A stretch of 64,000 bases of DNA, from assembly GCA_964252035.1 (NCBI GenBank), contig OZ176203.1, one strand, 5' to 3'. The stretch comes from Podarcis erhardii. Taxonomy: Eukaryota. Positions 37,750-49,221 of this stretch are shown piece after piece. Made by a program: the position numbers and the translations under genes. A model generated the notes under the pieces. It did no database searches and was not told where the DNA came from. It saw nothing but the letters and a program-made list of their open reading frames with translations. The first letter of the stretch is position 1; the number at the start of each line of letters is the position of its first letter.

Positions 37750-38405
37750 GTATGTATCCTTTTTGTGTGTGAAAAGAATGATTAGGAATGTAAAGTACTA
37801 GCAGGAAGTGTCCGGTGCTGTCCAGGATAGTGTAATTTGTGAGTTTGGGCCTGTCATACACAAAAATTGGCAGAGTCACACCATCTTTGCCCAACATCAA
37901 TACATCAATGAAGACTGCTGCCCCCACTTCATGAATTCTCATGTCATATTTGACAGTGATGTTATAAAGAGGTGGCTGAACCTATAAATAACAGGTGGAC
38001 AGACAGACAAACCACTTTCCAAAATATATAGTAAATATTCGGGCAAATGCAGACCAAAAATAAAACCTGAGAAATTTATTTTGGCATAAACTTGCTTGAG
38101 ATAGAGCTACCTTTGACATGCACCTGACAGGGTGGGCTCTGGATCAGAAAAGCTTCTGCCACACATTGTTTATGTTTTTAAGGTTACCACACAAAGCCCT
38201 CCAAGGTTTTGTTACAAGAACAGACTAACATGACTATCCCTTTGGAATTTGTCTCATTGAAAAAAGGCTTCACTTGGATGTGGGAGAGGCTCTCACATCT
38301 AGGAGTTCAGAATCCCACAAATTTCAAATTGCCTTCAAACTACAGATGGGCACCTTCCCTTTGGGCTGCTTGTGCATTTCTTTCTATGTGTTTCCTTCAT
38401 ACCAG

Positions 38406-38562
38406 GTACCAAATTAATGCACGGACGGAGCTTGCTGTGCGCTACAATGACATTTCCCCGCTGGAGAACCATCACTGTGCTGTGGCTTTCCAGATCCTTG
38501 CGCAGCCAGAATGCAACATTTTGTCTCATGTTGACAAGGAGCAGTTCAAACGGATTAGGCAG
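38406..38562 (+). CDS. PDE9A: PDE9A exon 14 equivalent, 157 bp
   Basis: taccag|G...CAG|gtacgg; [52 protein letters not shown]. Confidence 0.98.
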
Positions 38563-38683
38563 GTACGGGTTCAAAAAGATGTGGCAAAGTTCCTGTCAAT
38601 GTGTATTATTGTCAGAGAGCATCTGCTATTATTAATGAAATGCCTGGGCTCAGTCATGAGACATGTGGAGAAATCGTAAAGTA

Positions 38684-38939
38684 CAGTGGTACCTCGGGTT
38701 ACAAACTTAATTCAATCCGGAGGTCCATTCTCAACCTGAAACCCTTCTTAACCTGAGGCGCGCTTTCACTAATGGGGCCTCCCGCTGCTGCCGTGCCGCT
38801 AGCGCGCAATTTCTGTTCTCATCCTGGGGCAAAGTTTGTAACCCAAGGTACTACTTCCAGGTTAGCAGAGTTTGTAACCCGAAGGTTTGTAATCCGAAGT
38901 GTTTGTAATCCGAAGTGTTTGTAACCCGAGGTAGCACTG
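38684..38939. mobile_element. Tigger/pogo-like MITE, same family as 10252-10493
   Basis: TA|CAGTGGTACCTCGGGTTACAAAC...GTTTGTAACCCGAGGTAGCACTG|TA. Confidence 0.92.
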
Positions 38940-39261
38940 TATAGAGTGCCTATGAGCTTGTCCAGAGTGATTGCCACCATTCAAAACCTTTACAACCAGA
39001 CCCCAAAAATCTATAATTAGGTCAAATTGATAGGCAGTCTTAAGCCTCAGCATCTCTTATTTTAGAAATTAAGCATTGGTTGTGGTTTGAGAAAATAAGC
39101 CAAACCTGGTGAAATAAGCACCTCCCATATCATGGTCACAAACTGCTCTTTTATATTGTGGTGTTCTGGTGTTCTTGTTTTGATTCTTTAAAAAAAATGT
39201 ACTTATAACTTTCTGTAAAGCTCTGAGAACCTGTTGAAGGGCAGGATATAAATAAAATAAA

Positions 39262-39644
39262 GGACGCGGGTAGCAGCACTGTGGTCTAAATCACTAAGCC
39301 TCTTTGGCTTGCTGATTGGAAGGTCATCAGTTTGAATTTTCACGACAGGGTGAGATCCCATTGCTTTCTCCCAGTTTCTACCAACTTAGGCGTTTGAAAG
39401 CACACCAGTGCAAGTAGATAAATAGGTACCGCTGCAGCGGGAAGGTAAATGGCGTTTCCATGCACTCTGGTTTCTGTCACAGTGTCCTGTTACGATAGAA
39501 GCAGTTTAGTCTTGCTGGCCACATGACCCAGAAAGCTGTCTGTGGACAAACACCAGCTCCCTCAGCCTCAAAGCGAGATGAGCGCCACACCCCATAATTG
39601 CATTTGACTGGACTTAACTGTCCAGGAGTCCTTTACCTTTTATC
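39262..39644 (+). mobile_element. Sauria SINE, full length, 15-bp TSD
   Basis: ggacgcgggt... head to cctttacctt tail; TSD TATAAATAAAATAAA at 39247-39261 and 39645-39659. Confidence 0.93.
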
Positions 39645-40161
39645 TATAAATAAAATAAATGTCTTTCCCCACCAATTTGAATATCGCATGTGCCTTGATC
39701 AATTTGCCTAAGAACACTGATATGTTTTTTCAGTGTTGCAGCTCTTGGTTTTAAACACCAAATGTTTTCATTTTTGTAAAAGCAACCTTGGGATTCCCAA
39801 TTCTGAATCAGGGGCATAGTAAGGAAGGTCATATCTTTCCCTCCTTGCACCGTGGCCCCAGTCTAGAACACACACAGTAGCTATTAGCTATGGGGAAGGA
39901 AACTTAAAAGCTTGACAAATTAAGCCCACAGGTTTCCCATTGTGTGGCTAAGAGCAGTTCTAGGGAGCAGAAAGAGAGAAAGTGCTGCGTGCCTTGTGCT
40001 TTTGTTACCTGGACAGGTAAAGTCACACCCACCTCTAGTCATATGCAAAGGAAGGATGTTCCAGCTCAGGAAGAAACAGGAAGTACTGACTAGCTGGACC
40101 AAACATCCCCTAGCATGTCCACTCTAGGAAAACAAGGAATGTTGTACTTGACTGTTACTTA

Positions 40162-40435
40162 CGTTGTAACCCGAAGGTTTGTAATCCGAAGTGTTTGTAA
40201 TCCGATTAGCTGCAGTTCTCACTCAGGGCCACCAGTATGCAAATGAAGGATTGAGAACTGTCGCTCACTGATTGGTTAGCTAGTTGGGAGTTGCTACTGT
40301 TACAAGTTACTTAGTATTATAGAAAGCAGCCAGCTAGGCTGCAGTCAGTCTGACTCCAGGAGCAGTTCTAACTGCTGTAATAAAGAGCTGTGAATCTGAC
40401 AAAGCTGTGTCCTTCATCTTTCCCACTATTTAACA
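40162..40435 (+). mobile_element. Solo LTR with 5-bp TSD
   Basis: (C)GTT...AACA termini; TSD ACTTA at 40157-40161 and 40436-40440; octamer ATGCAAAT 40237-40244, inverted CCAAT, TATTATA, AATAAA 40379-40384 in LTR order. Confidence 0.7.
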
Positions 40436-40564
40436 ACTTACATATCACATCCCACAAAATTCAGGATCTGAAATTATCTAGCTGCACCTCTGACCCTTAC
40501 GTATCATTGCTCAGTGGTGCATTCTATTTCACATCGGGTTGATGCCCGCTTTGCAAAATTCTTT

Positions 40565-40760
40565 ATACCCCTATTATTTATACCCCACCCACTCTGGGCG
40601 GCTCCCAACCGAATATTAAAAACACAATACAGCATTAAACATTAAAAACTTCCCTAAGCAGGGCTGCCTTCAGATGTCAAGGCAATAAGCAACTATCTTA
40701 CTTTTAAAAGTTGGGAGGGTGGGTGCCACTACCGAGAAGGCCCTCTGCCTGGTTTCTGAA
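40565..40760 (-). mobile_element. L2 LINE 3' end relic
   Basis: Reverse complement of the L2 3' UTR (ggcagagggccttctcggtagtggcaccc...gggagccgcccagagt...ggtataaaataata). Confidence 0.8.
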
Positions 40761-41010
40761 CTGAGGCTTCTCAATGTGCCTCTCCTTTCCAAAAGACAAA
40801 ACAAATATACAGCTTGGCTTTTATCTATAGAGTTTTCTCCTGCTCCCCAGCATCTTCGTAGAGTCCAAAAAAAAAGTGTGAGAACTTGGCACAAAACTGT
40901 TAAATGGGTAAATTGTTGGAGTGGAGGGGAAGCATAGGTGAAGTAGTGGCATTTCTACCTTAAGAAATATAAACGTCTTACAATATTGTTGGTTGGTTTG
41001 TTTCACACAG

Positions 41011-41124
41011 GGGATAATTACATTAATCCTAGCAACAGACATGGCAAGGCACGCTGAAATTTTGGACGCTTTCAAAGAAATACTGGACAAGTTTGACTAT
41101 TCAAATGAGGAGCATGTGACCCAG
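41011..41124 (+). CDS. PDE9A: PDE9A exon 15 equivalent, 114 bp
   Basis: acacag|GGG...CAG|gtaaga; [38 protein letters not shown]. Confidence 0.98.
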
Positions 41125-41464
41125 GTAAGACAATATTCTCTGTTTTCAGATGTTAAAGGGGGGCAAAGTGGGGGACAGGAACAACAGCCTGAGTCAAACA
41201 ATGCCAGTGTGGAGGCACCAATGGGGGGGGGTGTCACAGGACATGTCATGTAGCAGGAGTAGGAGCTGAAAGTTGAGCACAAATACAGTACAAATGCACT
41301 TTAATAGCAAGAACAGCTCATTGCTGTGTACAGCCACAGCTGGAGGTGCCTTTATTTTCAGTGCTGACATCTCACTGAGAAATGAAGGAAACATTGCCTG
41401 GTAATAAGTGCAGGTAAACATGGCAGATTTCTTACCACACTGTAAAATGCTCTCCTCCTTTCAG

Positions 41465-41569
41465 CTAAAGATGGTCCTGATCAAATGCTGTGATATCTCC
41501 AATGAAGTTCGCCCAATGGAAGTGGCAGAGCCATGGGTAGACTGCTTATTAGAGGAGTATTTTATGCAG
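41465..41569 (+). CDS. PDE9A: PDE9A exon 16 equivalent, 105 bp
   Basis: tttcag|CTA...CAG|gtaatg; [35 protein letters not shown]. Confidence 0.98.
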
Positions 41570-42707
41570 GTAATGGTACACCCAGTGGAACTGCCATAGT
41601 AGTTCATGTTTCAATACAACAGAGCTGGAAGTTATCCAGTAACAGTGCCTGACTTTCTAGGTCCACCAAGATGAAAGACGCTTTCTCAGCAGGGTCTGGA
41701 ACGTGTGTCATTCTGATGATGTACTTTGAATAAAAGTGACTGTAATTGACTGTAATTTGTAGCCTAAAAGGGCAATCACAGCCCAGAAATGCAAATGTTA
41801 GCAGATTGCTGCCTGTTTTCTCTAACAGGGCTGTTTTTAGGAGTTAACTCAGCATGTAAACCATTTTGAAACCAAACAGGGACAAGGACTTTGTAGAAAA
41901 TGTCAGCTAAATAAGCAGCACCATGTAGGTTAAGTTTAGATTATTTATATCTGTGACTTTGAACCATTCATGACTAAGCCTATTAGAACTGAAAAGTTGG
42001 GGGATTTTAAAGAGAAAGGCGAAAAGAAAAAGAAAGAAAGCGCTGTGATCATTTCAAAAGGACAATCTCATTAGTGTTGGGGAAAAGCGCCTTATGGTGC
42101 CACATCGTTATCATTTCTTACCGGATTTCATTTGGAGATGACTGCAGGAAGTAACAAAAAAAAAGGAGCAGTCCACTTGCCCTCTCGAATCCATCAACAC
42201 GATGTGTATATACAAGCTGCGGCAGTTGGCATCACACCAAGTAAGGCTTGATCGTGATAGGCAGCACAAAAAGGCAGTTCTATTATTTCTTGATTTAACA
42301 TGTTCCCAGTGTGGAAATTTTAAAATACAGCCAAAAAAGCCATTGCATAATGGCAGAAAGAGCAAAAGATGAAAGAATGTTCAGTTTGCCCTTCATTCAT
42401 TTGCAGAGCAATCCTACACTGTGTTCAATGGGCCTTACTTCCAGATAAGTGTGTTTAGGGTGCACATAATCTTCCCTGCTGAGAACCCCCAGAAGATGTC
42501 TCTGCCACCCTCCCACTTTTCCTCCAACGCCCCAAATTTCTGTAGGTCTGAAAATCTTTCAGCTGCATCTTTCAAATATAATTTTTTGAAAAAATAATAA
42601 TACAGCATAAACAGGTCACACATAATAACCAATTATATCATTCCAAATTAGATAAATATTGACCACTGGTTTGAATTTACTTAATGTATTGCTACACTTT
42701 GTCCTAG

Positions 42708-42836
42708 AGTGACCGGGAAAAGTCAGAAGGCCTTCCGGTGGCCCCTTTCATGGACAGAGACAAAGTGACCAAACCTACAGCCCAGATAGGCTTCCTGAAG
42801 TTTGTTCTTATCCCAATGTTTGAAACTGTAACAAAG
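42708..42836 (+). CDS. PDE9A: PDE9A exon 17 equivalent, 129 bp (invariant Gln of the nucleotide pocket)
   Basis: tcctag|AGT...AAG|gtaagg; [43 protein letters not shown]. Confidence 0.98.
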
Positions 42837-43111
42837 GTAAGGTCAAAGAAGTTGATTGATCAAAAGCCCTTGGATCAAGTGCATTTTCTCATAGCTTTTT
42901 TGAGGGGTACAAGAACCCCAAATCCACTTTAATTGCACAACCTGGATTTCCTGGTATGCGACTGAAACCCACCCACAAAAAAACAACTGTTTGGAAACAC
43001 CCAATGTGATTAGCAATCATCTCATAGGTGTTTACAAGTAAAATACAACTTGAAGGGATGGAAGGCTACAAATCCACCACAAGGAAAAACTTGCCATTAG
43101 CATGCATAGGA

Positions 43112-43138
43112 GTGTGTGTGTGTGTGTGTGTGTGTGTG
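43112..43138. repeat. (GT)n microsatellite
   Basis: Direct reading. Confidence 0.92.
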
Positions 43139-43260
43139 GTTACTAACATTCCAGGCTTTTAATAACTCATTTATACAATGCTAGCATGCTGAATTTTTCT
43201 CATTTCAAAACACATAGTTATTGGAAACAATTTTAGTTTACCTTTCTTGTTTTGTTTTAG

Positions 43261-43356
43261 CTTTTTCCAGAGGTTGAAGAAGTATTGCTCCAACCACTTT
43301 GGGAATCCAGGGATCGCTATGAGGAGCTGAAGCAAATAGATGATGCTGTGAAAGAG
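43261..43356 (+). CDS. PDE9A: PDE9A exon 18 equivalent, 96 bp
   Basis: ttttag|CTT...GAG|gtaaga; [32 protein letters not shown]. Confidence 0.97.
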
Positions 43357-44493
43357 GTAAGACAAGCTTCTGTTTGTGGGATTGGACAACTGCAGAGGCT
43401 GAAAAGGCAACACCCAGACTCCCTTAGATGAATCAGGATTTTGAGGTTTTTCTTGCAAGAATTCTCCTAATACAACACTTTTTTATATGCCATTTTCACA
43501 AATATATGCATTTTTGCACATACTTACCCAACCATATGCATTTTTGTGTGCATTATTTGTTTCAAGAAATGCAATACAAAATTCATATAAATGCAAATTT
43601 TATAGAAGTGCAAATTTTGAAGGATAGCTGTGCTTCAGTCACATATTTTGCAAACTGGTAGGTTTGCGTTAAATACTAATCAAATCAAATTTCTTCCCAT
43701 CCCTACTTCCAAATAAGTATGTAGGAGTACAGCCTTAATAGTAAGTTGAGGAACAGGTCTAATGTAATGGGAACTTTTGAACCAAAGGGTATAGCTAATT
43801 CTGGCTGTGAATACACCACAGAACACGAGAAGATTTTCTAACTTCACTTACAACTGTGCTTGATAAAACAGGCTTTGTGATTTTCACGCTGAAGCAAAGA
43901 TTCCTACATTCTTATGTGTAATGCTATAATGCCCTCTGGAAGGAAGCCACCACAGGTTCCCTTCGATGCCAATAAAACAGGGATGTACAAATTTCATGAA
44001 TTAATTGGTTCATTTAAGCATAGTAGCATAGCACTTCTGATAATAAGGCAACTAATAGGAAAATGATGCATGCAAAGCAGAACACATGCGGAGCAAATTA
44101 TAGCTCTCCTTTGTCAAGTGCTTGTGGCTCCTGCTGAGGCAGTCAAATGGCCTTTGGATCACAGTGGCAAAGAATGAAGACAGAGCAGTCCTTCTGAGTG
44201 GCAGAGGGTAAGCTAGCCACTGACAGACAAGCCTGCTTTTAGTTTTTCAGCACTGGCCCCAAATGATGCCCAATGTTTCACCTTGTAATCTTTTCACTAT
44301 GGGCTTTTCATTCTCCTAGCTTTATTGATTTGGCTTCATTTCAAGCTAGATTTTTATAGCGACCATGTTCCATTTCTTCCCATCTCATGAGAGCTCCACG
44401 AGATCTTACCAGAAGGTACTGCCACACAACTCCAGTAAGGCTTCAGCAATGGGGCAGGAGACAGGGTCAGCAGCTTCCCATTTTGCCTCGGGT

Positions 44494-44737
44494 AGAAGAG
44501 TTTGGATTTGATATCCCGCTTTATCACTACCCTAAGGAGTCTCAAAGCGGCTAACAATCTCTTTTTCCCTTCCTCCCCCACAACAAACACTCTGTGAGGT
44601 GAGTGAGACTGAGAGACTTCAAGAAGTGTGACTAGCCCAAGGTCACCCAGCAGCTGCATGTGGAGGAGTGGGGATTTGAACCCGGTTCACCAGATTACGA
44701 GTCCACCGCTCTTAACCACTACACCACACTGGCTCTC
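44494..44737 (-). mobile_element. MIR/Ther1-derived tRNA SINE (Squam3-like)
   Basis: cccaaggtcacccagcagctgcatgtggaggagtgggatttgaacccggttc...ttaaccactacacc is MIR-like in reverse; TSD TCGGGT / TTGGGT. Confidence 0.82.
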
Positions 44738-45045
44738 TTGGGTGGCAAAATGGGATGGGCCACCCCTACTCAAAAGGCAGCTCACACTCTCATGCATTCT
44801 CCACTGGTGCCTTCGTGTGGTGGTACCCAGAGGAAGCTAACAACCAGAGAGAAAAATAATGGTTCCTGTACACCCACCACTGATCCTATGGGGCACATTG
44901 TAAGGAAACTCCACTGAAACGAACAGATTTCATGCACTGATGATCATATTTGCTGGGTTGTGCCAATGACTCGGTGGCTGCTATATTGACAGATCAGATG
45001 CCTCATGACAGCCATTGTTAATTATTCCATTCTACTCTTAACTAG

Positions 45046-45096
45046 TTACAGAAGAAGAAGAACGAAAGTTTGGCAATTGGAAGCAAGGAGAAGTGA
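45046..45096 (+). CDS. PDE9A: PDE9A final coding segment with stop codon (human exon 19 equivalent)
   Basis: aactag|TTA CAG AAG AAG AAG AAC GAA AGT TTG GCA ATT GGA AGC AAG GAG AAG TGA; LQKKKNESLAIGSKEK* vs human LQKKTDSLTSGATEKS... Confidence 0.92.
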   Translation, partial: LQKKKNESLAIGSKEK

Positions 45097-46633
45097 AAAG
45101 CAAAGGCAAGGCACATCAGGGTATTTATCCCTCTTTAAAGGATACTTTCACATTAAGAAACATGGTGACAACATTTAAAACATTATAAAGAAAATTGCCT
45201 ATGGCATGAGGTGTTTTCAGCAAATAAATTGATAAAATACAACTAATTTCTCTGCAATATATTGAACATATGCTTGTGAAAAACAAAATAAAATAAAATT
45301 GTAATGCATTTTTGACCAACTATTTATACAATATAAAACCAGTAATGAAAAGCAGAGAGAGAGAGAGAGCACTCTCTTGAGTTGTTAGGAGAGTCCTAGT
45401 CCACTTACAGAACTACAATTTCCAGAGTTCCCTAAGAAGAGGGATTGATTGTTAAAGCACTCTGAGAATTGTAACCCCGTGAGGCAAAATAAGGTCTCTC
45501 AACAACTTCCAGCAGCCTTAACAAACTACAGCTTCCATAATTTCTTGTGGGAAGCTATGGCCCTTTAAAGTGATCTCTTAGTGCTTTAAATGTATGGTGT
45601 AAATGTGGCCAAATAGGGATTACCACAGTTGCTGTGAGTGTGGCTTAAAAGGTGTGCTGAATCAGCACGTCTGATCTCTGCCAAAAATTATTCTGAGTGG
45701 ATGAGACCTCATTCTTTGGGCCTAACGATGTTTGTATTTTAATTCCAGCATTATAATGGACACAAAGATCCTTTAGAGGTTTGCCAAGTCTAGCTAAGCA
45801 TCATGGGATTGCACAGCACTGACGGAGGATGAGACTGAACAGCTGCCACTGCCACAAGCACTTTTTCCAAGTTTCTTTTTTATATAAAAAAAGAACCCTA
45901 GTATTTATCCTTATGGATGCAGACAATAAGGAATCTCTGCTGTTGTACATTTTTTTAAAGAAAAAGTAATCTTCTAAATAATATATTCTTATACCAAAAA
46001 ATGGCTGCTGTAAATATTCTCTTTTTAAGATTTTATATGTCTTCTTCTTTTTTTAACTGCTTCTGGTTGTCATATGGAGATGTATTGGGAAAAATTGTAC
46101 TTTTCAAGCAAGTTGTTTTAGAAATCTTTTAAAATGTAGTTTTGTGTAGCGTTAAAGTAACAACAGTTTATCTCAGTATGTCTGTGTACGATTTAGAAGT
46201 GTCACCTTGCCGAGGGATTTGACAAAACCAATAGCAAGCTGAGAAGCTTAATGTTCTCTTCTCTGGTCAGCAACTATTGGCCAGGAAAACCCTTCAGGAG
46301 GGAGGGCGAAATGATAGCCCAGTCCCTCAGCCCTGCCGCCCTAGTCCCTCTCTGCATATGCTGTTCCCCCTTTTGTTTTTGGGTCAGTAACTGAGGGGTA
46401 CAGATGATGGTCCTTTACAGAGACAGATGTGGCCTACAGGTTTCCATTTACCTTATCCCTGAGCACTGAGAGAATTGAAAAGGCCCCCAAGTATGTTATG
46501 AACATGAAGCAGCTCCTGTTGCCAAAGTTTGACAGGTCTAGCACTGTAAACTGCTTGGATAGGAACTCAAATTTCAGAGGAACCAGAACTAAGCTAATCT
46601 GTGTTCCTTCTTGGAAGAGTGGAGTATAAATGT

Positions 46634-46639
46634 AATAAA
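46634..46639 (+). terminator. Candidate PDE9A polyadenylation signal
   Basis: AATAAA followed about 40 nt later by a U-rich tract (gtttttttattttacttt); other AATAAA hexamers occur near 45220-45300, so the assignment is not unique. Confidence 0.3.
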
Positions 46640-46829
46640 TAGCTAACTCTTCAACAAAGAAGATAATTTCACAAGTTTTTTTATTTTACTTTATTTACAT
46701 TTCCTGCATCATGTTCTGGTTTAATGAATGGGGCATCTCAACTAATCAGCTAACCGAAAACTCTGATAAACTGGCATTATAGTTGCCTACACATACATTG
46801 GCAAGAATCTAGTCTAGATTTGACTAGAT

Positions 46830-46887
46830 GAGATTTGTTTAATGAAGGCTCTATAATTGAGATTTGTTTAATGAAGGCTCTATAATT
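46830..46887. repeat. Perfect 29-bp tandem duplication
   Basis: GAGATTTGTTTAATGAAGGCTCTATAATT x2 (46830-46858, 46859-46887). Confidence 0.95.
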
Positions 46888-47291
46888 AGTATATTTTTCT
46901 GTGGAGAATATACCATACACCCAGTGCCTGAGAAGGGTCTGTGATAGTGAGGGACTACTAGCATGTGTTTTCCATGCTTACAGTTTGAGATTCAGTCTCT
47001 GAAACCTCCACAATTAGAAGGGTCTTCAGATGTAGAGCTAGGGAAAACTTTTGCATGTGGACTTCAAGACCTACTTGGGCAGATTAATACAGCGCTTAAA
47101 TTCACATGGCACCTTTTATTGGACAAAAGCCGGCAGCCTTTTTTGCTGGAATGGGAATTGCTAAGGTTAATGCTGACAGTGTGCCCTTTTAATACTGAAC
47201 AATGAGAGTTTGGGACCAACGTATCCAACTGAAATGGGCATGGGTTGTTGCTCCCAGGTTACAGAAAGGAACGCCAGGCATGAAGAAACTA

Positions 47292-47531
47292 AAATGGTAC
47301 CCCGGTTTAAGAACAGTCCTGTTTACGAACGATTTGGTTTACAAACTCTGCAAAACTGGAAATAGTGTCCAGGTTTGTGAACTTTACCTCAGTCTAAGAA
47401 CGGAATCCAAACGGTGGAAGGGCACCAGCGGCGGGAGGCCTCATTAGGGAAGCGCGCCTCGGTTTAAGAACGGTTTCAGTTTAAGAACGGACTTCTGGAA
47501 CGGATTAAGTTCGTAAACCGAGGTACCACTG
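47292..47531. mobile_element. Tigger/pogo-like MITE
   Basis: Right end TAAACCGAGGTACCACTG|TA; left end decayed ta|aaatggtaccccggttta. Confidence 0.82.
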
Positions 47532-49221
47532 TAATCTGGTTTGTGCAAGGTCCCCTAGAAAGCCTATGACAGGGACAGGACTTAAGTGCCAGCAACTAGG
47601 GCGCCCTGAGCATTCACATTCAGACCCACAGAAGGATTGTTGTACAAGAGAGAGGACTGGGGAATCCTACATCTGGTGAAATTTCCCCTTCTATGCTCTT
47701 AGTTCTCCCAAAGTCTAGAGACACATCAGTATTCAAGTAGGAGCCAAGGGAGATATCCTTCCACAGCATCCTGTTGGAAATGTACATGAAAGTAAAGCAC
47801 AAGATGCAAAATGAAAGGTGTGGCTTATGAAAGATGCCTTGGATTTGCTCTGGGAGAAATGTAATAAATCCCGTTGCACCTCTATGTACTCTTCATGTAT
47901 GTATATGTTTTAAATGGAGTATGCACTGTACTTTCTACATAGGCTTTTGTTAGGCTGCTTTTAAAGTGAGTTGATAAATCTAGAGTAATGCATAAGGAAG
48001 GCGTTGCCGTCCAAGGAAGCTTGTGTCTCCGTTTTGAAGGGCACATGTACTCAAGCCATATGCCTGTGAGCTGCACAGCTGCTTTCCGAATCTCAGTTTG
48101 GATTTTAAAAGAAATTGTGTAGGTGGATGCTCAGACTTTCTTCCATGCAAAACAGGAGATATCTTGCTAACACTCAAGCTCCCTTTACCAAAGGATCTCA
48201 GTGACTAACACCTGGCTCTCCAGCACTGAATAAAAATCAGTTTGTCACCTTTAAGTGTGACAAAACATTTTGGAACAGCAAACCTTTACTCTTGTATTGT
48301 TTGTGTGTAGATGTTTTTTTCTTGGTGATGATAGCTCTCCAATATGTATTTTGGGAGATGGTCCATTACTGCATTTTGATCCATTTCTGTTGACCAGAAA
48401 TACTGTTCGATCTGCTCTGAAATCCACATGGGATGTGGACAGGCATCCTTAACCAGAGCTAGTAAATTTCTAACGATTCTTCTTCCTGAGTCACACAGCT
48501 GAAGAAGCAAGCCACAGATGAAATCTCTCTAGTTTATTACATGCTGTTTGAAGGCACCTGTTCATTGAGTGAACAAAATTTATTATTCCAAACTGTTGTA
48601 ATTTCTTTTTCAAACAGAAGTAGAATAAATCTGATATTGTCTTCAGCATGGTTGTATTCCTGACATTTGTCAAATGTCCCTGAACTACTGCTATTGTCAT
48701 CCCAGTATACAAATCAATGTATGTGGAGAGGAGGAACATGGGACTTCAGATCATTAGCTCAGACTTAGTGCACAGTGGGGAATTAGCTATCCAAACAAAA
48801 ATCCAAAGCTGAGAATCAAAGAAAACACAGTTTATTACAAAACAGAAAGATTGGTTACTGTTCGTGTTGTTACAAAAATAAGACGTTGGTTATTCCAGTT
48901 GAACAAGCAGTTCTGACATTACATCTACCAAGTGGTAGAGATTGGATGGATCTAATGTCAGGTATAAAGAGAGAGAGAGAAGTACAAAAGGTGCCAGACA
49001 GACATGCATGGAGCTGATTAAAGAGGGGAGTTAGAATGCAAATACTACATACTGCAGTGCCTTGTGAGCACCTGCATGAGAGCTAAAAGGAAAGACGGAG
49101 GGAAGGAAAGAGAAGCTGAAGCACAAGTATCACTTATTCCAAGGAAGGAGTAGACCTTCCACCCTACCAGTTCAGTGGGCAGTAGCTCCCACGGGCTTCT
49201 AGTACAGTAGAAATAAAATTA

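Noticed and set aside
44930-45010. Possible intronic C/D box snoRNA (cTGATGA before the last coding exon)
   Set aside because: No downstream CTGA D box at a suitable distance and no terminal stem.
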